Source: an uncultured Candidatus Binatia bacterium
GTDB taxonomy: Bacteria > Desulfobacterota > Binatia > UBA9968 > JAJDTQ01
Assembly (NCBI GenBank): GCA_965213675.1
Contig: OZ243916.1
Span: 2,464,001 to 2,528,000 of the forward strand
Length of the DNA stretch: 64,000 nucleotides
Direction of reading: 5' to 3'
Shown here in pieces: positions 9,439 to 18,544 of this stretch. Numbering within the stretch: the first letter of the stretch is position 1; each line of letters begins with the position of its first letter. The notes beneath the pieces were generated by a model. It was not told the origin of the DNA and made no database searches. It worked only from the letters and a program-made list of their open reading frames with translations. The translations under genes and the position numbers were made by a program.

Positions 9439-10671
9439 ATGGAAGGCATCCTGTTCCCGCGTGGCGTGCCCGAGGGGCTCGAAGGACTGGAAGCGTACCG
9501 GGCGCGCGGCGGCTATCAATCCGTGGAGCGGCTCGCCGCCGTGTCCCCCGACGACGTCATCGCCAAGGTGACGGCTTCGGGCCTGCGCGGCCGCGGCGGC
9601 GCCGGTTTCCCCACCGGCCGGAAGCTTGCCCTCACTCGGGAATCCCCCGAAGCACCCCATTATGTCGTCATGAACGGCGGCGAGGACGAGCCCGGCAGCA
9701 AGAAGGACCGCGTGCTCATGGAGAATGTCCCCCATCTCATCGTCGATGGGATCATTCTCGCGGCCTATGCGGTGCAGGCGGAGAAAGCCTGGCTCTACAT
9801 CAATCACGGGTACGAGGCCGCCACCCGCGCGGTGGCGGCGGCCGTCGAAGAAGCGCGGCAGGCCGGGTACTGCGGCGAGAATGTCGCCGGTTCCGGTTTC
9901 AACCTCGACATCGTCATGGTGGCGGCCCCGTCGAACTATGTCGCCGGCGAGGACACCGCGGCCCTGGAAGTGATCGAGGGAAAGGACCCGCTGCCGCGGC
10001 AGAAACCCCCATTCCCGGTGACCGAGGGGCTCTTCGGCAAACCCAGTCTGGTGAACAACGTCGAGACCCTGGCCAACATGGCCCCCATCGTCAACAAGGG
10101 GCCGGAAGCCTACCGTTCCTTCGGCACCGCGGACAGCCCCGGCACCATGGTCTTCTCGCTGGGGGACGAGATGGAGCGGCCCGGGGTCTACGAACTGCCC
10201 CTCGGCACCCCGTTGCGCCAACTCCTGGAGGAATGCGGCGGCGGCTTGAAGGGCGGCAAGACCATCAAGGCCATCCTTCCCGGCGGTCCGTCGTCGGGGT
10301 TCCTGCTGCCGGACAAGCTCGACGTGCCGCTGGATCACGCGTCCGTGCGCGAAGCGGGCTCGTCCATCGGCTGCGGCGTCGTCAAGGTGCTCACCGAGGA
10401 CGATTCGGTGCTGGATGAGGTGGCGCGCATCGCGGATTTCTTCGCCCGGGAGTCCTGCGGCCAGTGTCCCGCCTGCCGCATGGAAACCAACATGCTGGCG
10501 GCGTTGCTCAAGAAGGTTCAGGCAGGGCAGGGAAACGACGCGCTGGTGGAGCAGTTCGGGAAGGTGATCGCCTTCAACAAGGGCAAGGGGTTCTGCAGCC
10601 TGATCGATATGCCGGGGCCGCCCATCGAGAGCGCCGTCCGGCTATTCCCCGAAGAGTTCCGCGGCGCGTGA
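9439..10671 (+). CDS. NuoF/HoxF-like flavoprotein (FMN, NAD(P)H-binding, [4Fe-4S])
   Basis: SGLRGRGGAGFPTG, NGGEDEPG..KDR, YVAGEDTA, NNVETLAN and ESCGQCPACR...C motifs. Confidence 0.92.
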   Translation: MEGILFPRGVPEGLEGLEAYRARGGYQSVERLAAVSPDDVIAKVTASGLRGRGGAGFPTGRKLALTRESPEAPHYVVMNGGEDEPGSKKDRVLMENVPHLIVDGIILAAYAVQAEKAWLYINHGYEAATRAVAAAVEEARQAGYCGENVAGSGFNLDIVMVAAPSNYVAGEDTAALEVIEGKDPLPRQKPPFPVTEGLFGKPSLVNNVETLANMAPIVNKGPEAYRSFGTADSPGTMVFSLGDEMERPGVYELPLGTPLRQLLEECGGGLKGGKTIKAILPGGPSSGFLLPDKLDVPLDHASVREAGSSIGCGVVKVLTEDDSVLDEVARIADFFARESCGQCPACRMETNMLAALLKKVQAGQGNDALVEQFGKVIAFNKGKGFCSLIDMPGPPIESAVRLFPEEFRGA

Positions 10672-10720
10672 CGGGCGGCGGCCCGGCCCGTCGCCGGGAT
10701 CCGGTCACACCGGGGTTCCG

Positions 10721-10906
10721 TCACATATTGAGGCTCTTCTTCGGCACGTTGAAGACCACGCCCTCCCCGTCTCTCACGAGACAGAGATCGTTGCTCCACT
10801 CCTTGACCACCTCCACCTCGTCTCCGGGAGAAAAGGTGGTTTCCTCGATGGAGGCGTTCTTGTTCGCCTGATACTTGAACGTAAATGCTTCCTTGACCGT
10901 GGCCAT
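10721..10906 (-). CDS. Small SH3-like beta-barrel protein
   Basis: 61 aa with a strong purine-rich RBS and good codon bias. FSPGDEVEVVKEW...GVVFNVPKKSL resembles the SH3 pattern. Confidence 0.7.
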   Translation of the reverse strand: MATVKEAFTFKYQANKNASIEETTFSPGDEVEVVKEWSNDLCLVRDGEGVVFNVPKKSLNM

Positions 10907-11030
10907 CCGAGGCCCCTCCCTTCACTGTGTTGTCACGCTCCGGTTGGCGTTGTTGGTCCGCCGGTCGCCCCCCGTGCCGGACCACCGCCGGCGTGTCTGG
11001 CGTCTGAAGCCGGTCCCGCGTGTCCTCGCG

Positions 11031-11726
11031 TCAACGCAGCGCGCCAAGTTCCCGCCAACTGCCGCGGCGGGTGGAATGGCGCAACGCCTGGTCGAGACGC
11101 TCCAGAAACGCCTCCCGCGGCACCTCCCGGGCGCCGAGACTCCGCATGTGGGACGTTGTAACTTGAGCGTCGATGAAATGGAAGTCCCAGCCGGCGAGCC
11201 GCTCCACCAGCCGCGCCAGCGCGACCTTGGAAGCGTCCGTCGCCCGGTGAAACATGGACTCGCCGAAAAAGCCGCGTCCGAGGGCGATGCCGTAGAGGCC
11301 GCCCGCCAACTCGCTGCCGCGCCAGCATTCGGCCGAGTGGGCCAGACCCGCGTCGTGCAGCCGGACGTAGGCCTGCTCCATCTCCGGCGTGATCCACGTG
11401 CCGTCCTGGCCGCGCCGGTCCACGGAGGCGCACGCCCGGATCACGCCGCGGAAGTCGGCGTCGAAGGTCACCTCGAACCGCCCTTGGTTCAGCACCCGCC
11501 GCAGCCGCCGCGAGACGTGGAAGTCGTCGAGATCGAGGACAAAGCGCGGGTCGGGCGACCACCACAGGACGGGTTGGCCCTCGCTGTACCAAGGGAAGAT
11601 GCCCAGGGAGTACGCCAGCAGGAGCCGCGCGCTGTCGAGGTCGCCTCCCACCGCCAGAAGCCCGCTGGGCTCGGCATCGCGTGGGTCCGGGAAGGCGAGT
11701 TCACGACTCAGGCGATAGACCGGCAT
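11031..11726 (-). CDS. aat: Leucyl/phenylalanyl-tRNA--protein transferase
   Basis: GLLAVGGDL, GIFPWY, WWSPDPR, AHSAECW and GESMFH..TDASKVA motifs. Confidence 0.97.
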   Translation of the reverse strand: MPVYRLSRELAFPDPRDAEPSGLLAVGGDLDSARLLLAYSLGIFPWYSEGQPVLWWSPDPRFVLDLDDFHVSRRLRRVLNQGRFEVTFDADFRGVIRACASVDRRGQDGTWITPEMEQAYVRLHDAGLAHSAECWRGSELAGGLYGIALGRGFFGESMFHRATDASKVALARLVERLAGWDFHFIDAQVTTSHMRSLGAREVPREAFLERLDQALRHSTRRGSWRELGALR

Positions 11727-11927
11727 GCGGCAACCATGATGAATCGAGGCCCGGGATGCAAGGAATCGGATGACGCTTCCCGTGCCTTGGCTCATTGCCA
11801 TTTGCAGGGACTCAAGGCTTCGTTTTTTCCTGCCGGACTTGTTCTGCCGGACCAACCACGTTGACGAGCCGGCCGGATCGGGGCACAATCGCGTCTCATC
11901 GTTCCGTGTGGCCGACGGGGAAACACC

Positions 11928-12296
11928 ATGTTCAAGAGAATCGACCATGTAGCGCTTCATGTCGCAGACCTGGATCGTGCCATCGCCTTCTATGAAGACA
12001 ACTTCGGCTTCCGGAAGTATTTTCAGCATCGGTCCAACGCCGGGATGCAGATCGCGTACCTCAGGCTTGGCGACACCGTGCTGGAACTGACGCACAAGAG
12101 CGACGGCTCCATGACCGGCTTCCACTTCTGCCTGGAGACCGACAACTTCGATGAAACCGTGGCCGATTTGCAGCGGCGCGGAGTGCCGCTGCTGCGCGCC
12201 CCCCACGACACCGCGGCGCGGGAGCCGCGCGAGGAAGGCTGGCGCCGGGTGGTCTTCGGCGGCCCGGACGGCGAGCAGATCGAGTTGCGCGGTTAG
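11928..12296 (+). CDS. VOC/glyoxalase-family protein
   Basis: IDHVALHVADLDRAIAFY, HFCLETD and PDGEQIEL motifs. Confidence 0.92.
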   Translation: MFKRIDHVALHVADLDRAIAFYEDNFGFRKYFQHRSNAGMQIAYLRLGDTVLELTHKSDGSMTGFHFCLETDNFDETVADLQRRGVPLLRAPHDTAAREPREEGWRRVVFGGPDGEQIELRG

Positions 12297-12414
12297 GACA
12301 CTGTCGGGATTCAGGATTCAGGCTGCCGGTGTCCTTTCACCGTAGGGGACAGCCGCCGGCAGGACATGGCGTGTCGGACCACACACGGGAAAACGCGAGC
12401 GCGGACCAACGATC

Positions 12415-12723
12415 ATGGCAGACCAGGAACCTCAGGCCATCCGGCTGGATTGCCCCTGTTGCGGGGCGACGCTGATCATCGACCCGTCCTTGGCGGTGGT
12501 GCTGCGGCACGAGGCGCCGCCACCGCAGCACAAGGCGCCGGACCTCAAGGACGCGGGCCGGATGCTTCGAGAAGAAGCGACCCAGCGCGATCAGAAATAC
12601 CAGCACATCCTCGACGCGGAAAAGGACAAGGGCAAGGTACTCGACCGCAAGTTTCAGGAACTGTTCAAAAAGGCCCGGGACGAGCCCATCAAGAAGCCGC
12701 TGAAGGACATCGACCTCGACTGA
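12415..12723 (+). CDS. Hypothetical protein with N-terminal CPCC motif and charged helical tail
   Basis: Good codon bias; DCPCCGATLIID followed by a coiled-coil-like region ending KDIDLD. Confidence 0.75.
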   Translation: MADQEPQAIRLDCPCCGATLIIDPSLAVVLRHEAPPPQHKAPDLKDAGRMLREEATQRDQKYQHILDAEKDKGKVLDRKFQELFKKARDEPIKKPLKDIDLD

Positions 12724-12816
12724 TGTGGGTCCGGCTGGACCTTCGCGCCCCATCACTGTTCCCACCGCGTGGACTGGCCTCCATTGGGCAACGCCGGATC
12801 ACGGTCGATCCTCACC

Positions 12817-13401
12817 TCACCACGAACTCACCGCCGTCGCCTCGTACCCGTAGACCAGTTCCAGCAACTGCTTCACCATGCGCGCCGTGGCGCCCCAGAT
12901 ATCCCAGTCCTGGTACTGAAAGTGGTAGATGGGTTCCGCGCGCCGGGACCGGCGTGTGTCCAGCGTCAGCGCGTCCTGCCGCAGCAACGCGGCCACCGGC
13001 ACGGAGAACACCGCGGCAGTCTCCCGCGGATCGGGATGGAACTCGTAGGGATGGGGGATCAGACCGACGAACGGGGTCACCAGGAAATTGTACCCGGCCA
13101 TCACCTGATCGAGCTGACCCACGATGCGCACATGATCGGGGTGGATGCCGATCTCTTCCCGGCTCTCCCGGAGCGCCGCCGCCAGCGCGCCGTCATCTTC
13201 CGGGTCGACGCTGCCGCCCGGAAACGCCACCTGGCCGCTATGGGAACTGAGGTGGGCGGCGCGCAGGGTGAGGATCAGATAATCGCCGTCCGCGCGCTCC
13301 TGGATCGGCGCCAGAACCGCGGCGGGACGGAAATCGTCTCCAGCCACGGCCTTGGGCGTCCGGGTCCGGAGGATCTTGAACCTGTCGAGGTGCGCGTTCA
13401 C
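12817..13401 (-). CDS. Nudix hydrolase, CoA pyrophosphatase type
   Basis: LTLRAAHLSSHSGQVAFPGG...AALRESREEIG and IWGATA motifs. Confidence 0.93.
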   Translation of the reverse strand: MNAHLDRFKILRTRTPKAVAGDDFRPAAVLAPIQERADGDYLILTLRAAHLSSHSGQVAFPGGSVDPEDDGALAAALRESREEIGIHPDHVRIVGQLDQVMAGYNFLVTPFVGLIPHPYEFHPDPRETAAVFSVPVAALLRQDALTLDTRRSRRAEPIYHFQYQDWDIWGATARMVKQLLELVYGYEATAVSSW

Positions 13402-13411
13402 GAACTTCCGG

Positions 13412-13741
13412 CTACGCCTCCCGCTTCAGCGACTCCGGAAAGTAGCGGGACGGGACCCACACTTTCGCATCGAAGTTGGCGCATCCGAGAATTCGCAGTT
13501 CACGCATGATGCGGATGTAGTCCGGTGACTCGATGAAGCCCTGCCACGCCTGGAGCGAGTCGAACTCGATCTGGATGGCGACCTGGGGGCTGACTTCCAG
13601 AGGGTTGCGGAGGTTGCGGATTTCCCGGACTCCGGGGGCGGCCAGGGTCATCGGCAGCCAATCGTTCTTGGCCTTGTTGCTGTAGATGGTGAGGTTGGCC
13701 TTCTGATCGGGCAGATCCCACTGAACAATGTAATAGACCAT
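13412..13741 (-). CDS. Hypothetical protein, dimeric alpha-beta barrel-like
   Basis: AAGGA RBS; APGVREIR...IEFDSLQAWQGFIESPDY pattern. Confidence 0.7.
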   Translation of the reverse strand: MVYYIVQWDLPDQKANLTIYSNKAKNDWLPMTLAAPGVREIRNLRNPLEVSPQVAIQIEFDSLQAWQGFIESPDYIRIMRELRILGCANFDAKVWVPSRYFPESLKREA

Positions 13742-13774
13742 GCTTGTTCCTTGTCTGAACCTGACGCCGGCACC

Positions 13775-14566
13775 TTACATGAGGGTCCGCACGAGTCCGC
13801 CGTCGATGACGATGGCCGTGCCGGTGATGTAACTGGCGCGGTCAGAGCCGAGGAACACCACCAGGTCGGCCACCTCCCCGGACTGTCCAAACCGTTTCAC
13901 GGAGATCTCGTCCCGGCTCTGCTGCTGAACCTGCTCCAGCGGCAGGTTGAGCCGCTTGGACCGGGCCACGTTGAGGCTGTGATGGCGTTGGGTGTCGATG
14001 CGGCCGGGCAACACGGTGTTGATCAGGATGTTGTCCGGTCCCAACTCGCGCGACAGCGTCCGCGCCCAGCCCACGACGCCCGTGCGGAACGTGTTGGACA
14101 GGATCAGGCCGGGAATGGGCTCCTTCACGCCGTACGAAGTGATGTTGATGATGCGTCCCGCCCCCACCTTCTTCATGTACGGCACGGCCTCGCGGGTGAG
14201 CCGGACGGTACCCATGAGACTCAGGTTGTAGGCCGCCATCCAGTCGTCCTCGCTCAGGGCGTCGAAGGTCCCGAAGCTCGGGCCGCCGGCGTTGTTCACC
14301 ACCACGTCCACGCGCCCGAAGGCGTCGACGCTCCTTGTCATATAGTTGCGGATATCGTCGTGGCTGGACATGTCCGCCACCGTGGCCAGAACCTCGCCGC
14401 CGGTGGACTGGCGGATCTCCTCCGCGGCCCGCTCCAACGCCTCGCCGCCGCGGGCGCATAGGCTCACCTTGGCTCCTTCGCGGGCGAAGCCTTCGGCAAT
14501 GGCCCGTCCCATGCCCTGGCTCGCGCCCGCCACCAGCGCCACCTTGCCTGTCAAACCCAGATCCAT
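13775..14566 (-). CDS. SDR-family oxidoreductase
   Basis: GASQGMG, NNAGG and YITGTAIVIDGG motifs; SNTFR replaces YxxxK. Confidence 0.93.
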   Translation of the reverse strand: MDLGLTGKVALVAGASQGMGRAIAEGFAREGAKVSLCARGGEALERAAEEIRQSTGGEVLATVADMSSHDDIRNYMTRSVDAFGRVDVVVNNAGGPSFGTFDALSEDDWMAAYNLSLMGTVRLTREAVPYMKKVGAGRIINITSYGVKEPIPGLILSNTFRTGVVGWARTLSRELGPDNILINTVLPGRIDTQRHHSLNVARSKRLNLPLEQVQQQSRDEISVKRFGQSGEVADLVVFLGSDRASYITGTAIVIDGGLVRTLM

Positions 14567-14638
14567 CCAAAGCTCCTTGTCGTGTTCAGCGCATCCGCGG
14601 GGTCGCGGGCAGACATCCCGCCCCGGAGACCCCCGCGT

Positions 14639-14884
14639 TCACTTCTGCGTCCAGTAAATGTTGCCGTCGAATTCCGAATCCAGCCGCATCAAGTAAAGCG
14701 CCAGCATCCCGTGGGCGCCCAGCGGCCGCAACTGCCGCGGATCCCGGGTCTTGACCGCGGCCGCTTCCTCGTCGCTCAGGTCGTAACCGGACAATGCCGC
14801 ATCGAGGTCGGACCTGGCTTGGTCCACGGCGCCGGGCTTCATCTTCAGGTCGAACAGGAATCGGTTCAGGTGGTATCGACTCAT
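14639..14884 (-). CDS. LigA-like small subunit of an aromatic ring-opening dioxygenase
   Basis: MSRYHLNRFLFDL...YDLSDEE..AV...D...L..LGAH; directly downstream of a LigB-like gene. Confidence 0.8.
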   Translation of the reverse strand: MSRYHLNRFLFDLKMKPGAVDQARSDLDAALSGYDLSDEEAAAVKTRDPRQLRPLGAHGMLALYLMRLDSEFDGNIYWTQK

Positions 14885-14931
14885 GGTGCTCTCAGGCGCT
14901 TGCGGCAGCGGAATCGGCCGGACGACAGGCG

Positions 14932-15795
14932 TCAGAGCTTCCAACTGGCGAAGCCCCAACCGGTGGCGACGTGGTCGGGCATGTAGAAGGTTTCGGCGGC
15001 CGGCGTGTCGCCTACCGCGCCCACCGTGACCATCCAGTTCAGGAACTCGGTGTTCCCCGACTGGCGCAATTGCTCCAGCGTCAGGTCGGCCAGCGTGGCG
15101 CCCTGACCCGCGCGCATCTGCCGCAGCAACTCCTCATCGAAGCTGGTATCGATCTCGCCTATCCGGGGGGAACCCGGGAAATGCGACAGCCCGCCGGTGG
15201 CGAGCATGGCCACCCGTTCGGGCGCGGCGTCCGCCACCTGCCGGATCAACTGTCCCAGCGCATGGCACCGCGCCGGGGACGGCAGCGGGTCGATCCAGGT
15301 GTTGACGAAAATCGGCAGGATCGGGATTGCCGGCTCCGGCAGCAGGAAATGCAGCGGCACGACCTGGGTATGCTGCAGCTCGATGTTCTCGCCGAAGGAC
15401 AAGTCAAGGCCGGCGTCGACCCCGGCCTTCAGGATGGCCCGGCCGAGTCCGGCATGGTTGCGATAGTGGAACCGGTGGCGGGTGAACTGCCCGCGCACCT
15501 CGTCCGCCAGCGTCACGAAAAACGTGGGTATGTTGTTGAAGAAGAAGTTGACGAACTGGTCGTTGGCGACCACGATCAGCGCGTCGGGCCGGGCGGCTTC
15601 GAGGTCGGCGCGAAGCACGGAAAAGGCGTGCTCGGCATCCTGACGCAGCCTCTGCTGCGCCTCCAGGGACGGCCTGCTCCCAGCCGCCTGTGGCGCCATG
15701 CGGTAGTGGAGCGTCATGAACTCTTCCCACTCCGCGCCCGGCTCGAGCAGTATGTTGGGAGCGTGGCTTGCGGCCACGGCGGCGACGAATGGCAT
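14932..15795 (-). CDS. LigB-like (type II) extradiol ring-cleavage dioxygenase
   Basis: SHAP, ANDQF.NFF, GGLSHFPG and GNTEFLNW motifs. Confidence 0.9.
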   Translation of the reverse strand: MPFVAAVAASHAPNILLEPGAEWEEFMTLHYRMAPQAAGSRPSLEAQQRLRQDAEHAFSVLRADLEAARPDALIVVANDQFVNFFFNNIPTFFVTLADEVRGQFTRHRFHYRNHAGLGRAILKAGVDAGLDLSFGENIELQHTQVVPLHFLLPEPAIPILPIFVNTWIDPLPSPARCHALGQLIRQVADAAPERVAMLATGGLSHFPGSPRIGEIDTSFDEELLRQMRAGQGATLADLTLEQLRQSGNTEFLNWMVTVGAVGDTPAAETFYMPDHVATGWGFASWKL

Positions 15796-15938
15796 CTTGA
15801 ACGGGCCCCCCTCCAAAGGAGTGGCAAAAGATGGTATAAGCCGGTCCAAGAAATTTCAACCAGCTTCAGCCAGCGCTTCAACGTGCCCTATTGCCTGTGT
15901 GCGTTCGTGGAACGCAGCCCTCAACGACGGGAGAATCC

Positions 15939-16913
15939 ATGCGGAAACGGTTCTGGTGCATTCTCGTGGCCTGCGGACTCGTGGCTCTCGCCGCCCCTTC
16001 CATGGGGGAGTCCTGGGAGCCCGCCACCACGGTTTTCGAATACCGGGAGCCCGCGGGAGGCGCGACGAGCCAGGACGCCGTCTCCACGATCATCGGGAAC
16101 CACGCGACATACGTCGCCCAACGCAGGGACACCCTGCTCGACGTCGCCCGCCGCAACCACCTCGGCTATACGGAGTTGCGCCTGGCCAACCCCGGCGTGG
16201 ATCCGTGGCTGCCCGGCGAGGGCGCGCGGATCGCGGTCCCGTCCGAGTGGATCCTTCCCGATGCCCCGCGCAAGGGCATCGTCCTGAACATTCCCGAGAT
16301 GAGGCTGTACTACTACCTGCCGGACTCCAAGGTCATGACCTTCCCGCTCGGAGTGGGTGTGGAGGGTCAGCACACGCCGGCGGGGAAATACCGCATCCGC
16401 CAGAAACGCGAGAATCCCACCTGGTACGTGCCGGTCTCGATCCAGAAGGAACGGGGCGAGGACCACCCCAAGGTGGTGCCTCCCGGGCCCGACAACCCCT
16501 TGGGCGAGTACTGGATGCGCCTGTCCCACACCAGCTATGGCATCCACGGCACCAACAACTCGTGGGCCATCGGCCGCCGCGTGACCCACGGCTGCATCCG
16601 CCTCTACCCCGAGGACATCGCCTATCTGTATTCGCTGGTTCCGGAGGGGACGCCGGCGCGCGTGATCTACCAGCACGCCAAGGTGGGTTTCCGGGACGGC
16701 ACCGCCTACTTCCAGGTCCACCGCTACGGCCGGGCCACCGACAGCGAACTCATGGCCATCCTCATCAGGCAAGTCGTCAAGCTCAAGCTCGACGTCGACC
16801 TGCGCAGGTTGCGGGAACTTCTGATCGACCTGCCCGACGGCGCCATGACCCCCCTGCCGCCACGGAAAGCCAAGCCCTTGGTGGAGAAAACTGTCGCGGG
16901 AACCGCCTCCTGA
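15939..16913 (+). CDS. L,D-transpeptidase (ErfK/YbiS/YkuD family) with signal peptide
   Basis: ANPGVDPWLP, VPPGPDNPLG and IHGTN...VTHGCIRL catalytic motifs. Confidence 0.95.
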   Translation: MRKRFWCILVACGLVALAAPSMGESWEPATTVFEYREPAGGATSQDAVSTIIGNHATYVAQRRDTLLDVARRNHLGYTELRLANPGVDPWLPGEGARIAVPSEWILPDAPRKGIVLNIPEMRLYYYLPDSKVMTFPLGVGVEGQHTPAGKYRIRQKRENPTWYVPVSIQKERGEDHPKVVPPGPDNPLGEYWMRLSHTSYGIHGTNNSWAIGRRVTHGCIRLYPEDIAYLYSLVPEGTPARVIYQHAKVGFRDGTAYFQVHRYGRATDSELMAILIRQVVKLKLDVDLRRLRELLIDLPDGAMTPLPPRKAKPLVEKTVAGTAS

Positions 16914-16960
16914 AACAACCGCGACACCCGTGAGAACACCCGCCCTGTGAAAACGCGGGA

Positions 16961-17815
16961 TCAGGTCCGGTACTTCTCGTCCAGGGCGTACTTCTCCTCG
17001 AGCCCCACGATGTCGTGAAAGTCGTCGAACGGCAGCAGGCCGTCCATGAGGGCCTCGGCCGTGCCGTGTTCCCGCAGTTGCGCGTAATACTTCTGCAGCG
17101 CCATGGCCGCGGAATAGAGCGGACCCACGGGCCACACGATCAACGCGAAGCCCAAGTCCCGCAACTCCGCCGGCGTCATGAGCGGTGTGACCCCGCGCTC
17201 GATCATGTTGGCCACCAGCGGACCGGGAATGGCGCGGGCGATGTCGCGCATCTCCTCGCGCGTCTCCGGCGCCTCGATGAACACCGCGTCCGCGCCGTTC
17301 TCCTTGAAGGCGAGGCCGCGCTGGATGGCCTCGTCGAGGCCCAGGGCCTGGCGCGCGTCGGTGCGGGCCACGACGAAGAGGTCCCCGTCCCCCCGCGCCG
17401 CCACCGCGGCGTTGAGCTTCTTCAGGTATTCGTCCAGCGGCACCACCTGCTTGCCGCGCATGTGGCCGCAGCGCTTGGGCCACACCTGGTCCTCCAGGAA
17501 CATGCCCGCGGCCCCCGCCCGCTTGAGTTCGTTGACCGTGCGCACCACGTTCACCGCGTTGCCGTACCCCGTGTCCGAATCCACGATCACCGGCGTCCGC
17601 ACCGCCCCACAGATGCGGTAGATGGTGCTCAGCATCTCCGTCTGCGTGAGAATGCCGAAATCCGGCTCCCCGAGAAACGTCGCCGAAATCCCGTACCCCG
17701 TGGTGAAGATCACGTCGAACCCCGCCCGCGCCGCAATGCGCGCGCTCAGAGCGTCGTACACACCGGGCATGACCAGGGTTCCGTTGCGGTCCAGCGCTTC
17801 CTTGACTCTGCTCAT
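16961..17815 (-). CDS. Isocitrate lyase/PEP mutase family enzyme (methylisocitrate lyase-like)
   Basis: DSDTGYG, EDQVWPKRCGH and ARTDA motifs. Confidence 0.92.
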   Translation of the reverse strand: MSRVKEALDRNGTLVMPGVYDALSARIAARAGFDVIFTTGYGISATFLGEPDFGILTQTEMLSTIYRICGAVRTPVIVDSDTGYGNAVNVVRTVNELKRAGAAGMFLEDQVWPKRCGHMRGKQVVPLDEYLKKLNAAVAARGDGDLFVVARTDARQALGLDEAIQRGLAFKENGADAVFIEAPETREEMRDIARAIPGPLVANMIERGVTPLMTPAELRDLGFALIVWPVGPLYSAAMALQKYYAQLREHGTAEALMDGLLPFDDFHDIVGLEEKYALDEKYRT

Positions 17816-18001
17816 GAAGGGGCTCCAGTCTATGCGGTGTTGGAGATTTTTCGGGAAGATCTATGGAACGACGGCAATGCTACACGGACAGATAGCCGGG
17901 AAGCAGCGTTGGCGAGCCTTGAGTCCGGTCATTGCAGGGAAGCCATCACCAGGAACCGCATGACAGCGGCAGTTCCCCGCAAAGCCAGGCAGGCCTCTCC
18001 G

Positions 18002-18286
18002 TCATTCCGCGGGGATCTCCACGATCACGTCGCCCAACACCTTGGCGACGCAGCCCAACCGGTCGGCGTCGTCGGATTCGAGCATGGACAGGGTGAGTTC
18101 TTCGTTGTCGTCCATGGGGCTCAGGTTGTTCAGGCCGGCGAGGATCTTCACCTTGTCGGTGCCACAGATGGCCTCGGTGCAGTCGTGGCGCAGGGTCACG
18201 CCGTTGCGGATGGCGGCCACCAGGATGGTGGTGCCATCGTCGACCTCGAAGCTCTGTCCCAAGGGCATGAAAGTGACTCTTGGCAT
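18002..18286 (-). CDS. Plant/adrenodoxin-type [2Fe-2S] ferredoxin
   Basis: HDCTEAICGTD...RLGC; the third Cys ligand is replaced by Asp. Confidence 0.88.
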   Translation of the reverse strand: MPRVTFMPLGQSFEVDDGTTILVAAIRNGVTLRHDCTEAICGTDKVKILAGLNNLSPMDDNEELTLSMLESDDADRLGCVAKVLGDVIVEIPAE

Positions 18287-18544
18287 GGCGGGGTTGTAGG
18301 AGACGCTTGCCGGGTTGTCAAGTTAAGCCCCATGCGTCCCGCGCCCGATCAGGCGTCTCACGACGTTCCCGCACGGGCGGGTTTTACGACTCCAGGTTCT
18401 TGAGGCGCCTGGTACACCGTCCTTGAACGCCGTTCCGTCCGCACCGATCAGGGCGTGACCTGATCTTTGTCGGACGGCAGTGATATCTCCTTGCCCATGC
18501 CGTCGGTGCGCCTTACCCCTTGTCGTTCAGGAGCCAATGCGTGG

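Noticed and set aside
11808-17926. Shared 12-mer GGACTCAAGGCT about 100 bp upstream of the VOC gene (11808) and the lyase gene (17915-17926, minus strand)
   Set aside because: A single 12-bp match across several kb of intergenic DNA can arise by chance, and flanking similarity is weak.
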